The position numbers and the translations under genes are program-made. Of a DNA stretch of 64,000 bases, positions 9,697-17,612 are shown in pieces (position 1 is the first letter of the stretch; each line of letters begins with the position of its first letter). The notes beneath the pieces are model-generated. The model was not told the DNA's origin and made no database searches. It saw nothing but the letters and a program-made list of their open reading frames with translations. Source of the DNA: Nitrospinales bacterium (GTDB lineage Bacteria; Nitrospinota_A; UBA7883; JACRGQ01); the NCBI GenBank assembly GCA_023248495.1, contig JAHFEK010000008.1, positions 1,920 to 65,919 of the forward strand, in the 5' to 3' direction.

Positions 9697-11169
9697 ATGG
9701 GCTTTGATTACCTGCGCATATTGACAATTATCCATTTTACCTCCCTTGGCGGGCTGCTTTGTTACGGGCTGCACCGGGTATGGTTAATCACCGGTTGGTA
9801 CACGGAGCGCCGCAAGGAACGCTCGGCCGCGCCACCCGCCAGCCCGGCGTATTTTCCGCCGGTGACCATCCAGTTACCCCTCTACAACGAGCGTTTCGTC
9901 GCCGCCCGGCTTATCGAATCCGCCGCCCATCTTCAGTGGCCGAAGGATAAACTGGAGATACAGGTGCTGGACGATTCGACCGACGATACCATGGGCATCG
10001 TTGATGAAACCGCGCGCCGGCTGGCCCTTGAAGGGGTAAATATCAGGGTATTCCGGCGTGGGCGCCGGAAAGGGTTTAAGGCGGGGGCGCTGCAAGAGGG
10101 GATGGCGCATGCGGCGGGCAAATTCATTGCCATTTTCGACGCGGACTTTCTTCCGCAACCCGGTTTTCTGGTTAAGACGATTCCCAGCTTCTCAAACCCG
10201 AAAGTCGGCATGGTTCAGGCGAGATGGACTTTTCTTAACGCCGAGGCATCGTGGCTCACCGGCGTCCAGTCCCTTCTGCTTGGGCCGCATTTCGGAATCG
10301 AGCACCGGGTGCGGTGCGGGCGCAACCTTTTTTTTAACTTTAACGGAACGGCCGGCATATGGCGGCGGAGCGCGATAGAATCCGCCGGCGGATGGAAGTC
10401 GGATACGGTGACCGAAGACCTGGATTTAAGCTATCGCGCCCAGTTGTGCGGGTGGAAGTTTCTTTACCGGGACGACATAGCCGTTCCCTCCGAACTTCCC
10501 ATCACCCTTGCGGCATTCCGGAGCCAGCAACAGCGATGGGCCAAAGGCTCCATACAAACGGCGCGAAAGGTACTGCCGCGCCTGCTCGCCTCTCCGTTGC
10601 CGTTTTCGGTGAAGGCCGAAGCGGTGGCGCATCTCCTGGCTAACCTCGGCTGGCTGCTTGGCACGTTTACAACCCTTACCCTGTATGCCGCCATCGCGTG
10701 GCGCGTGGGCATCGGGCCGTATCAACTGCTGAAGATCGATGTCCCCTTGCTTGCGGGCACCAGTTTCGCCATTTTGATGTACTTCTTTGCGTATTCCATC
10801 GTCAGCGGTTCGAGCCGCACGCTGCGGTGGCTGCCGCTCCTGCCGGTTTTCAGCATCGGGATGTCCCCCAGTATTTCCCTTTCCGTCATCAAAGGGGCGT
10901 TGAGCGATGGCGGCTATTTTGAGCGGACGCCGAAGTTCGGATTGCAGGGAAGCCAGCCGCCGCCCCTGTTGGCATTTCTCTACCGTCAAAAGGCAATCCC
11001 GTACCTTGCCATGAATACCCTGTTCCTGTTCTACAGTTTTCTGCCGATACTCTTTTCGTGGCAAAGGGGGACGTGGCTGGCGATCCCCTTTTTGTCGCTT
11101 TTTCCCGCCGGATTCATGTTGGTGATCCTGAAAGACCTTGCCGATATGGCACGGATTCGCCGGGCGTAG
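9697..11169 (+). CDS. Membrane-integrated family 2 glycosyltransferase (processive, cellulose-synthase-like)
   Basis: Motifs QVLDDSTDDT, FDADF, TEDLDLSYR and QQQRWAKG (the QxxRW motif), plus multiple C-terminal TM segments. ATG 9697 is preceded by a GGAG SD; the ORF-track start at 9631 is a TTG. Confidence 0.8.
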   Translation: MGFDYLRILTIIHFTSLGGLLCYGLHRVWLITGWYTERRKERSAAPPASPAYFPPVTIQLPLYNERFVAARLIESAAHLQWPKDKLEIQVLDDSTDDTMGIVDETARRLALEGVNIRVFRRGRRKGFKAGALQEGMAHAAGKFIAIFDADFLPQPGFLVKTIPSFSNPKVGMVQARWTFLNAEASWLTGVQSLLLGPHFGIEHRVRCGRNLFFNFNGTAGIWRRSAIESAGGWKSDTVTEDLDLSYRAQLCGWKFLYRDDIAVPSELPITLAAFRSQQQRWAKGSIQTARKVLPRLLASPLPFSVKAEAVAHLLANLGWLLGTFTTLTLYAAIAWRVGIGPYQLLKIDVPLLAGTSFAILMYFFAYSIVSGSSRTLRWLPLLPVFSIGMSPSISLSVIKGALSDGGYFERTPKFGLQGSQPPPLLAFLYRQKAIPYLAMNTLFLFYSFLPILFSWQRGTWLAIPFLSLFPAGFMLVILKDLADMARIRRA

Positions 11170-11173
11170 AATC

Positions 11174-11515
11174 TTACTTGAGAGCGCCAGGTTCCCGGGT
11201 GCGATTTAACCCGGGAAATGCGGCTGATGGAACGCCCAGTTTGAGCAAGGTGGCGGAATGGATATCCACACAAAACGGACAAACATTGATCTGCGATACC
11301 CGGACGGTAATAAGGGCTCTCAAAACAGGTTCGATGGGGGAGGATTTCCGGGTGATAGCGGCCGTAAGCGCATGAAAGCCGTCAAGGAGTTTGGGCGACC
11401 TGCCCCATAGAAAGTAAGGTTCGAGGATGGTTCCGAACGCTTTTTTCTGGAACCAAAAAACAAGCCTCACGAGCAATGGATGTTCGCTTTCGGCCTTATA
11501 AGGAATCCCCGCCAC
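11174..11515 (-). pseudogene. AhpD-like / carboxymuconolactone-decarboxylase-family gene, C-terminally truncated
   Basis: IPYKAESEHPLLVRLVFWFQKKAFG...VSQINVCPFCVDIHSA carries the CxxC motif of the AhpD-like family. It ends about 30 aa after the CxxC, directly against the convergent GT2 stop. The only start in the current context is a GTG. Confidence 0.55.
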
Positions 11516-11781
11516 ATCGAGAAGGTGCCCCCCAGCATTTCGAAGGTTTCAAGCGAAATGCCGAGCCGGTTGGTTTCCTTGTGAAATGCCTGCAACGCCA
11601 CCGGGTGCATCAGGAAGAAGTGGGGAGTTTTCCAGACCGCCTGCACGAGGCTGTCGAGCACATCCGGGGTTAGCGGCTTCTCCTTCGTGGTGTCCGTCCG
11701 CCCCAGAAGGCATGGGATTTTTGGGAACTCGAGAGAAGTTCCGCCTGGCTCGATACCAGCAAATTGCTTTTCATCCCGGGA
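11467..11781 (-). pseudogene. Encapsulin-like (family 2 shell protein) internal fragment B, ending in ...FSMWRG
   Basis: The frame is open from 11781 with no ATG. It translates as ...KPLTPDVLDSLVQAVWKTPHFFLMHPVALQAFHKETNRLGISLETFEMLGGTFSMWRG. As I recall family 2 (SrpI-type) shell proteins, this matches their FLxHP...AF.RE...WRG(I/L)P region. No N-terminal half was found in the window. Confidence 0.45.
11504..11513. repeat. 10-bp breakpoint repeat AATCCCCGCC, copy 1
   Basis: Exact copy of 13511..13520. It sits where fragment B homology stops and the AhpD-like frame begins. Confidence 0.6.
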
Positions 11782-11810
11782 TCATTCTCCGCCATGAGAG
11801 CACCTCCACT

Positions 11811-12260
11811 TCATATGGTTTTTTCAGACGAAACATATGCGTCCGCCGATTTCAGGCCGGATACCATTCCCTTGTTCATTTGCCGTAAAAGGCTTGCGGC
11901 ATCCGCAAAGCCGATGTTGTGATGCACCAATCCGCCGTCCGCGTCGAAAATGAAAGTCGTCGGCAACGTCAGGATTTTCCAGCATTTCGCGGTTTCCATG
12001 TCCTCATCCACGTTTATCGTTATCACCTGCAAGTCCCGCCCAAAGTTCTCCCGGAGCGAATTCAATGCCGGGGTCTGCGCGGATTTGCATACCCGGCAGT
12101 TCGGGGACGTAAAATATACGATATGCGGCGCGCCCCGCCGCCATCCGGGCAAGGCGGCCAAATTCCCGCCGGTTTTTTTGGCGGTTATATACCGTATGAA
12201 TCTGCATGTGCCGATGCCAAAAGCGAAAAAGGCCCCCGCAATCAACAACCTCTCGTACAT
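11811..12260 (-). CDS. Membrane-anchored thioredoxin-fold protein (CxxC)
   Basis: 149 aa. N-terminal TM helix (LLIAGAFFAFGIGT) followed by VYFTSPNCRVCKS, a CxxC in thioredoxin-like context. Confidence 0.7.
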   Translation of the reverse strand: MYERLLIAGAFFAFGIGTCRFIRYITAKKTGGNLAALPGWRRGAPHIVYFTSPNCRVCKSAQTPALNSLRENFGRDLQVITINVDEDMETAKCWKILTLPTTFIFDADGGLVHHNIGFADAASLLRQMNKGMVSGLKSADAYVSSEKTI

Positions 12261-12301
12261 GTTGCCACCTTATATATGCCCGTTGTGGTCAGACGCGATA
12301 G

Positions 12302-12757
12302 TTACGACGCTCTATTGCCGTGTGCGTGACGGCTCCGTATCCTGTTAATCCAGTAGTACATGAAGCACCCGGCGCAAAACCCCGTGAAGAGATTGATGCC
12401 CGCCAGCGCGATGACGACCCAAACAAGCCCCCACCCGGCAAGCGCCATTCCCAAGAGCGCGAGGAGGGCGCCGGCCAACGTGAACGCGGCCCCAACTCCC
12501 TGTGCGAAGCGGTGCGGCGCCGGATCATCGTTCACGATGCGGGGCTTTACGATATTCATTGGTTTCAAAATATAGCGGTAGACCGGCACGAATCCGGGAA
12601 CCCCCAGAAAGGTGCCCAAAGCCAAAACCAACGCGACGAATAGGGCGAGGAACGGCTCGTTCAGCACGAACCCCACCACCAGGAGAATAATGAGCGTGGC
12701 TTGGTTGACGCGCAAGGCATTTTCATCATACCGGGGCGGGTTCTCCTGTTGTGTCAT
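12302..12757 (-). CDS. DUF4395-family membrane protein
   Basis: 151 aa, 4 TM. Contains ALRVNQATLIILLVVGF, DPAPHRFAQGVGAAF and C-terminal GFCAGCFMYY, as I recognise for DUF4395. Confidence 0.7.
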   Translation of the reverse strand: MTQQENPPRYDENALRVNQATLIILLVVGFVLNEPFLALFVALVLALGTFLGVPGFVPVYRYILKPMNIVKPRIVNDDPAPHRFAQGVGAAFTLAGALLALLGMALAGWGLVWVVIALAGINLFTGFCAGCFMYYWINRIRSRHAHGNRAS

Positions 12758-12763
12758 GGCCGG

Positions 12764-13171
12764 TTACTTTTTCCCCGCCGAAGCGGTCTGCATAATTGCC
12801 GTGGCCAGCCGGCATATCAACTCTGGATTGACGGTCTTGAGCCATGCGCTGATGTTTTCCGGCTTCATCATTTCCTGCATCAGGGCGGTGATAAGTTTGG
12901 CGGCATCGTCGGGATTAATGGCCGCGGCCGTATCGGCAACCTTCGTGGCCTTGGTTGCGTCTTTTGACGCGTCGTTCACGATGCCGTTCATGAGCTCGGC
13001 CATTCCCTTGGACGCCGGATTGGATGCAACCACCGCCGGGGGTTGAAGCGTAAGGGAGCTTGCGGCCTTGTCCTTCCCGCCCACTATTTGGAGCGGCGGA
13101 AATTTAGAGACGTCCAGTTTTTCACCAAGAAAAGATAAATCGAAAGGCGATTCTTTTTGCGACATGGGCAC
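12764..13171 (-). CDS. Hypothetical protein (135 aa, Ala/Lys-rich, no recognisable domain)
   Basis: ORF tightly packed in the operon: 6 nt to the next start, and 23 nt after the stop of fragment A. Confidence 0.5.
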   Translation of the reverse strand: MPMSQKESPFDLSFLGEKLDVSKFPPLQIVGGKDKAASSLTLQPPAVVASNPASKGMAELMNGIVNDASKDATKATKVADTAAAINPDDAAKLITALMQEMMKPENISAWLKTVNPELICRLATAIMQTASAGKK

Positions 13172-13194
13172 TTCTCCTTTTTATATTCGACCGG

Positions 13195-13527
13195 TCAAAC
13201 GATGACCTTGGCGACAGCCAAGGAGCCGGGGGTGGTAACAGCCATTCCAACGTACATCGTCATGAGGTAGCTGGCCACGGAAGTATCGGCAATGCCCGTA
13301 AAATCGACCTTGACGAGCGGAAACTTCTGGGTTCCTTCGGTGCCTTCGGTAAAGAGGCTTATTACCCCCTGCTTGGCTTCACCCATACGCAGCAGAATTA
13401 CATTGGTCGTGCAGTTCCCCTCCGGCTTGTCCAGCGCGTGCAGGTGCATACTTTCCTTCTGCTTGCCGGGGCGGTACCGCAGATAGAGCTTGTTGCTCGG
13501 GAGTATGGGCAATCCCCGCCGCTCCAA
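13195..13527 (-). pseudogene. Encapsulin-like (family 2 shell protein) C-terminal fragment A, beginning ...RGLPILPSNK
   Basis: RGLPILPSNKLYL...NVILLRMGEAKQGVISLF...VKVDFTGIADTSVASYLMTMYVGMAVTTPGSLAVAKVIV. This continues the WRG(I/L)P..PS(D/N)K motif exactly where fragment B stops. There is no ATG; the ORF-track start is a TTG. Confidence 0.45.
13511..13520. repeat. 10-bp breakpoint repeat AATCCCCGCC, copy 2
   Basis: Exact copy of 11504..11513, 2007 bp away. It sits where the Tat-signal frame meets fragment A. Confidence 0.6.
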
Positions 13528-13633
13528 GGCCCAAAGCGGCAGTCTTGAGAAAATCCTGACGGCTGGAACCTTCTTCTCCTTGTTTCTCGTCTTTTTCCGG
13601 TGAATCGTTCACGGCGCACCTCCGTTGAAACAT
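13511..13633 (-). pseudogene. 5' gene remnant encoding a Tat-like signal peptide
   Basis: From ATG 13633: MFQRRCAVNDSPEKDEKQGEEGSSRQDFLKTAALGLGAAGI. It is Tat-like (SRxDFLK plus an h-region) but has RQ instead of RR. Downstream it runs out of frame over fragment A. Confidence 0.4.
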
Positions 13634-13729
13634 TTTGATTTTGCCGATTGGCTCCTCAACACCGCTATAGGTGAAGTATAACTGACGGGGATGGAAAGCG
13701 CCCCAAATATATTTTAATAATCGCCTATC

Positions 13730-13761
13730 ATTCAATTAGTTAAGCGAACGATTGAATGCTT
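13730..13761 (-). promoter_or_regulatory. Operator-like motif, copy B (TTCAAT-N14-ATTGAA) overlapping a TTGAAT -35-like element
   Basis: ATTCAATTAGTTAAGCGAACGATTGAATGCTT is 26/32 identical to 9563..9594, in the same orientation relative to its minus-strand operon. It lies 97 nt upstream of ATG 13633. Confidence 0.5.
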
Positions 13762-13932
13762 TGATGTAGTTACCAAGTCTTTGATTAATTTTTGCATATT
13801 TGGGTAAAATCCCCAATCAACTACACGAAGAATTCGGAGATGGTCACCATTCCGATGGTACGAATTCCGCGTGGTGAAAACGGGTGATGAAAACGGCTTG
13901 AATTTGGTACTCTCAAATATCTTTGTGCGGGA

Positions 13933-14820
13933 TTATTTGGAAGAGAGCTTCCACCACGCTTCCATGCCCCCTTCGTAATTGCGCGCGTCGGGCAGCCCCG
14001 CGAGTTGGTGCGCCATCCACACATACCCGGAACGAATCCCTCCCCGGCAGTAATAGACAATCGGCTTGCTGGTATCCACGTCATGCTCCTTCAGCAGTTG
14101 CCTGAAAGCCGCCGCGTCCAACGGCCGGCGGTCGGGTCCGGCGTAAAAGTTTGTCCACTCGATATGAACCGCGCCCGGTATCCTGCCGCGCAGCCATTCC
14201 AGCGTCGAGCGCGTATCGATTAAAATCATCGGGGTCTTTCGCTGCTCGATCTCGGCGGTGGAGATATCCCACCGGGGCGCGAGCGTGAAATTGTAGACGG
14301 CCTTTGGTTTGCTTTTCGGCGCATCCGCCGTTACCGCGAAATTGCCATTCCGCCATGACTGAATGCCGCCGTTCAAAATACGCACGGAACCCGCGTGTCC
14401 CATCCAGTGGAATGTCCACGCGGCCCACCCTTCGCCGCCCCAGCTTTTATCGGCGTCGCCGTAAATGGCAATGGCGGTTTTTTCATCGACGCCCATTTCT
14501 CCCAACGCCGATGCCATCTCCTCCGGGGGCAGCACCCGGAACGGTATTCCTTTCTCATCGGTTCTGGTAAAGTTCTCCCATGAAAACGATAACGCGCCGG
14601 GGACGTGACCGGCTTGCCATTCGGACTTAGGCCGGGCATCAAGGATCACATATTTTGAAAGTTCACCGCTCAGGACGGAAGGTTCGATCAGGCTCATATT
14701 GCCGGCCATTGCGTTTGCCCCCGATAAAAGAATTCCAATCATGACAAATAATAACGCCAACGGCAGTATAAATCCGAATCTGCCACGCCGGATATTTTCC
14801 TGGGGTATCCCGATCATCAT
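13933..14820 (-). CDS. Exported tandem-rhodanese sulfurtransferase
   Basis: Signal peptide RRGRFGFILPLALLFVMIGILLSGANAMA. The N-terminal rhodanese domain lacks a catalytic Cys. The C-terminal domain has the active loop YYCRGGIRSG. Confidence 0.8.
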   Translation of the reverse strand: MMIGIPQENIRRGRFGFILPLALLFVMIGILLSGANAMAGNMSLIEPSVLSGELSKYVILDARPKSEWQAGHVPGALSFSWENFTRTDEKGIPFRVLPPEEMASALGEMGVDEKTAIAIYGDADKSWGGEGWAAWTFHWMGHAGSVRILNGGIQSWRNGNFAVTADAPKSKPKAVYNFTLAPRWDISTAEIEQRKTPMILIDTRSTLEWLRGRIPGAVHIEWTNFYAGPDRRPLDAAAFRQLLKEHDVDTSKPIVYYCRGGIRSGYVWMAHQLAGLPDARNYEGGMEAWWKLSSK

Positions 14821-14887
14821 CGCCTCCTCCTATTGTGTTCTGGCTTTGCAGGACGATCTGCGTTTGTCCATTGCCGCGCTTGCGGGC

Positions 14888-16192
14888 ATGTCCGCCATTG
14901 TCATGGTATCCCTCGCCATCGCCCTTTTTGTGGGGGACGGCGGTGATATTGGCTGGTCACCGCGCACGATCATTTTTTTAGCCGTTGCATTCCGTCTTAT
15001 GTTCTTGTTTCGTTCGCCGGAACTTTCCAGCGACATCTTCCGGTACCTGTGGGATGGTCTGACATTGTTACACGGCAATAACCCGTACAGCTCCGCTCCA
15101 ACGGATGCAAAACCTTTTGCGGCCGCATCCGCGTCACTGCTCAACCAGGTTAACCATCCGCATTTGATTACCATTTATCCGCCAGCGGCACAAATTATAT
15201 TTGCGATGGGCGCGTTTGTGGGCGGCATCGCGGGAATTAAAACGCTGCTTGCCGGGGCGGACATCGCCACCTGCGTCATTATTATGCGCATCCTTTTCCA
15301 TATGAAACTCCCGCCGTCGCGGGCCGTGCTATATGCGTGGCATCCGCTGCCGATCCTGGAAATCGCCGGATCGGGGCATATCGATGGCGCGGGCATATTT
15401 TTTCTGATGCTAGCGCTCATGCTTTTGATTCCCCGGAATGATTTCGCCGCAATTTCGTTCTCCAATAAAGGCCCGTCTCCGGCGGCGGGTGCCGCTTTTT
15501 CAACCGCCATTCTTGTCAAGTTGTTTCCGCTGGTCTTTTTCCCTTTATTCCTTTTCTTGGCCGGCGGGAAGGGGCGGGGGCCGTTTATTCTGGGGGCCGT
15601 TATCGGTTGCGCCGCGCTGTCAATTCCATTCCTTCCCGGCCTGTTCAACATGTTCACCACCTTAGGCGTATATGCGCGCAATTGGGAATTCGCGGGATTC
15701 GCATTCCAGGCGCTTCACAAAGTATTCCCGGATGGCGTCACCGCGCGGCTGATACTTGCGGCCGCATTTTTCTTGGCGGCTGCAACTTTGTACGCCTCTC
15801 TTTTCCGTAAACGTGCAAACCCGGCGGAAGACGCGTATACACCGCTTCTTTTTCCAGAGGCGTTCAAAACCGCGTATTGCGTGGCGCTGGCGTTCCTTTT
15901 GCTTACTCCCACTCTTCATCCGTGGTACGCGCTTTATTTGGCCTGCCTTCTTCCGTTTGTTCCCGGAACCGCCGGGTTGGTGCTCACATGGGCCGTGCTT
16001 CTTTCATACCGCGTGCTTATTAACTTTGCGCTTTTGGGCGCGTGGGAGGAAAAAGACGCCATACCCGCGATCATCTGGCTGGCCGCCGTTGGCGCGCCGA
16101 TCCTTTGCGGGCTTGCCGGGAAACGGGCGCTTAACTTTTTTCGACGTGGAAAAGCGCCCCCACCGTCGTCGGAGACGTGCGATACCCGGTAA
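14888..16192 (+). CDS. Integral-membrane glycosyltransferase (GT87/DUF2029, mannosyltransferase-like)
   Basis: Many TM segments. SDIFRYLWDGLTLLHGNNPY and HLITIYPPAAQIIF resemble PIG-M/DUF2029-type enzymes. The start is uncertain: the ORF opens at 14699 and ATGs lie at 14741 and 14888. The earlier starts would overlap the divergent rhodanese 5' end. Confidence 0.55.
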   Translation: MSAIVMVSLAIALFVGDGGDIGWSPRTIIFLAVAFRLMFLFRSPELSSDIFRYLWDGLTLLHGNNPYSSAPTDAKPFAAASASLLNQVNHPHLITIYPPAAQIIFAMGAFVGGIAGIKTLLAGADIATCVIIMRILFHMKLPPSRAVLYAWHPLPILEIAGSGHIDGAGIFFLMLALMLLIPRNDFAAISFSNKGPSPAAGAAFSTAILVKLFPLVFFPLFLFLAGGKGRGPFILGAVIGCAALSIPFLPGLFNMFTTLGVYARNWEFAGFAFQALHKVFPDGVTARLILAAAFFLAAATLYASLFRKRANPAEDAYTPLLFPEAFKTAYCVALAFLLLTPTLHPWYALYLACLLPFVPGTAGLVLTWAVLLSYRVLINFALLGAWEEKDAIPAIIWLAAVGAPILCGLAGKRALNFFRRGKAPPPSSETCDTR

Positions 16193-16874
16193 ACGATTTC
16201 ATCTCGGCCTTGCTGAACCCCGTCTTTTTCAAAAGGGCGACCAGATGATCCGGCTCCAGCGTGCCCGATACGCAATTTGCCCAGGACTCGCCGCACGGTG
16301 TTCCTTCGCCGTCTTTTTCACGCACGATGTCCGCCAGGTAAAACCGCCCGCCCGGCCGCAAAACCCGGTGGATTTCCTTAAGCACGCACTCCTTGCTGGG
16401 CGAAAGGTTGACGGAGCCGTTTGAGATGACAACATCGGCGCAGCCATCCGCAAGCGTTGTCGCCGTCATATCCGTTTCGATAATTTTGAAGTTCCGCGCC
16501 CCCGACAGCGCAAGGTTGCGCCGCGCTTTTTCGGCCATTGCCGGGGTCATCTCAATGCCGAAGAGCCTTCCCTTGTCCCCTGTCATAAGCGCCGCAACGC
16601 AAAGGTCGCCCCCCGCGCCACAGCCGAAATCAACAACCGTTTCGCCCGCCCTTATCCCGCCGATGGAAAAGATGTTTCCCACCGCGGCCGATGAGGCCCA
16701 CACCTCGTCCGATAGCCGTTCAAGCCACGCGGGGTTATAGCCGAGGGCGCGCGCGTTCTCTTTCCCTTTGCCCCACCCGAAATCCTTTGAGGGATTGACC
16801 GCCAGTTCCGTGTAGAGTTTTTTTATTTCGTCACTAACTCCGGGCCGGGAACCGCACGGGGATGTCTGGCTCAT
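16131..16874 (-). CDS. Class I SAM-dependent methyltransferase (ArsM-like)
   Basis: VVDFGCGAGGDL SAM-binding motif, LRPGGRFYLADI, and conserved Cys residues. Start set at ATG 16874, which overlaps the upstream stop (ATGA). Confidence 0.7.
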   Translation of the reverse strand: MSQTSPCGSRPGVSDEIKKLYTELAVNPSKDFGWGKGKENARALGYNPAWLERLSDEVWASSAAVGNIFSIGGIRAGETVVDFGCGAGGDLCVAALMTGDKGRLFGIEMTPAMAEKARRNLALSGARNFKIIETDMTATTLADGCADVVISNGSVNLSPSKECVLKEIHRVLRPGGRFYLADIVREKDGEGTPCGESWANCVSGTLEPDHLVALLKKTGFSKAEMKSFTGYRTSPTTVGALFHVEKS

Positions 16875-17485
16875 CGGCCCTCCTTTTTCACAAAGATCGC
16901 ACCGTAATGGTACGGCGGCATCTCGACGATTTCGCCCAGGTTGAACCCCGCCGGTTCCACCACATCCCGCACCGACTGGGGCGCCATCCGCATGGAGGAA
17001 AGCGGTCCCCGGGGTTGGCCGAGTATCACGGTCTGTTCCTTCGGCAAGGGATGCCAATTAATGATGATGAATCTGCCGCCCGGCTTTAACACTTTGTGAA
17101 TGGCGGCGGCGAGCGCCGTTTTCTCCGGAACGCCATGGAAGGTGTTCCCGATGACAACGGCATCGGCCTTGTCCGTAAGCATATCGGGCAACAGGCGCGC
17201 ATCCCCTTCAAGCCAGCGGATATTGCCGCATCCGCCGCAGTATGCTTTGGCCCTTTCAAGGATGCCGGGGTCAAGCTCGACAGCCGCCACCCATCCGTTT
17301 CCGGCGATGCCGGCCATCGGCTTGGTAAAGTGGCCGGTGCCGCAACAGAGGTCGACGGTGCACTCCCCGTCCTTGATGCCAAGTGAGCGGAGGCTCGCCG
17401 CCGGATCCGGCCAAAGGGCGTGCCACCAATCAAGGGGCGGCATGGATGTGGCCGGAAACGTTCTTTCATCCGCGGTTTCAGCCAT
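16871..17485 (-). CDS. Class I SAM-dependent methyltransferase
   Basis: VDLCCGTGHFT motif and LKPGGRFIIINW. ATG 17485 is preceded by an AAGGAGAAG SD. Confidence 0.7.
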   Translation of the reverse strand: MAETADERTFPATSMPPLDWWHALWPDPAASLRSLGIKDGECTVDLCCGTGHFTKPMAGIAGNGWVAAVELDPGILERAKAYCGGCGNIRWLEGDARLLPDMLTDKADAVVIGNTFHGVPEKTALAAAIHKVLKPGGRFIIINWHPLPKEQTVILGQPRGPLSSMRMAPQSVRDVVEPAGFNLGEIVEMPPYHYGAIFVKKEGR

Positions 17486-17585
17486 CCGCGCTTCTCCTTT
17501 CCGGCAATTCCGCTTGACAAAAACAAGCAGTTGGTAAACCATCAATCGTGGACAATACAACGCGCCGTTTCGCCGGCCCCCCATC

Positions 17586-17612
17586 AATACTTATATGAGT
17601 ATTAACACATAT
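17586..17612. promoter_or_regulatory. Overlapping palindromes (AATACT-N6-AGTATT and ATATG-N10-CATAT) at the arsR start codon: candidate ArsR/SmtB operator
   Basis: Read directly from the divergent intergenic region between the methyltransferase operon and the ArsR gene. Confidence 0.35.

Noticed and set aside
11174-11176. Stop-codon recoding (selenocysteine or readthrough) to explain the short AhpD-like ORF
   Set aside because: The stop is TAA, not TGA. No other frame continues the homology, and the convergent GT2 gene ends 5 nt away. Truncation is the simpler explanation.
13379-13510. C-terminal half of the 118-aa ORF 13379..13735 as a real mature exported protein
   Set aside because: Past the signal peptide the translation is low-complexity (PEQQALSAVPPRQAEGKYAPARAGQ...). 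It overlaps, out of frame, the much better conserved-looking encapsulin-like fragment A.
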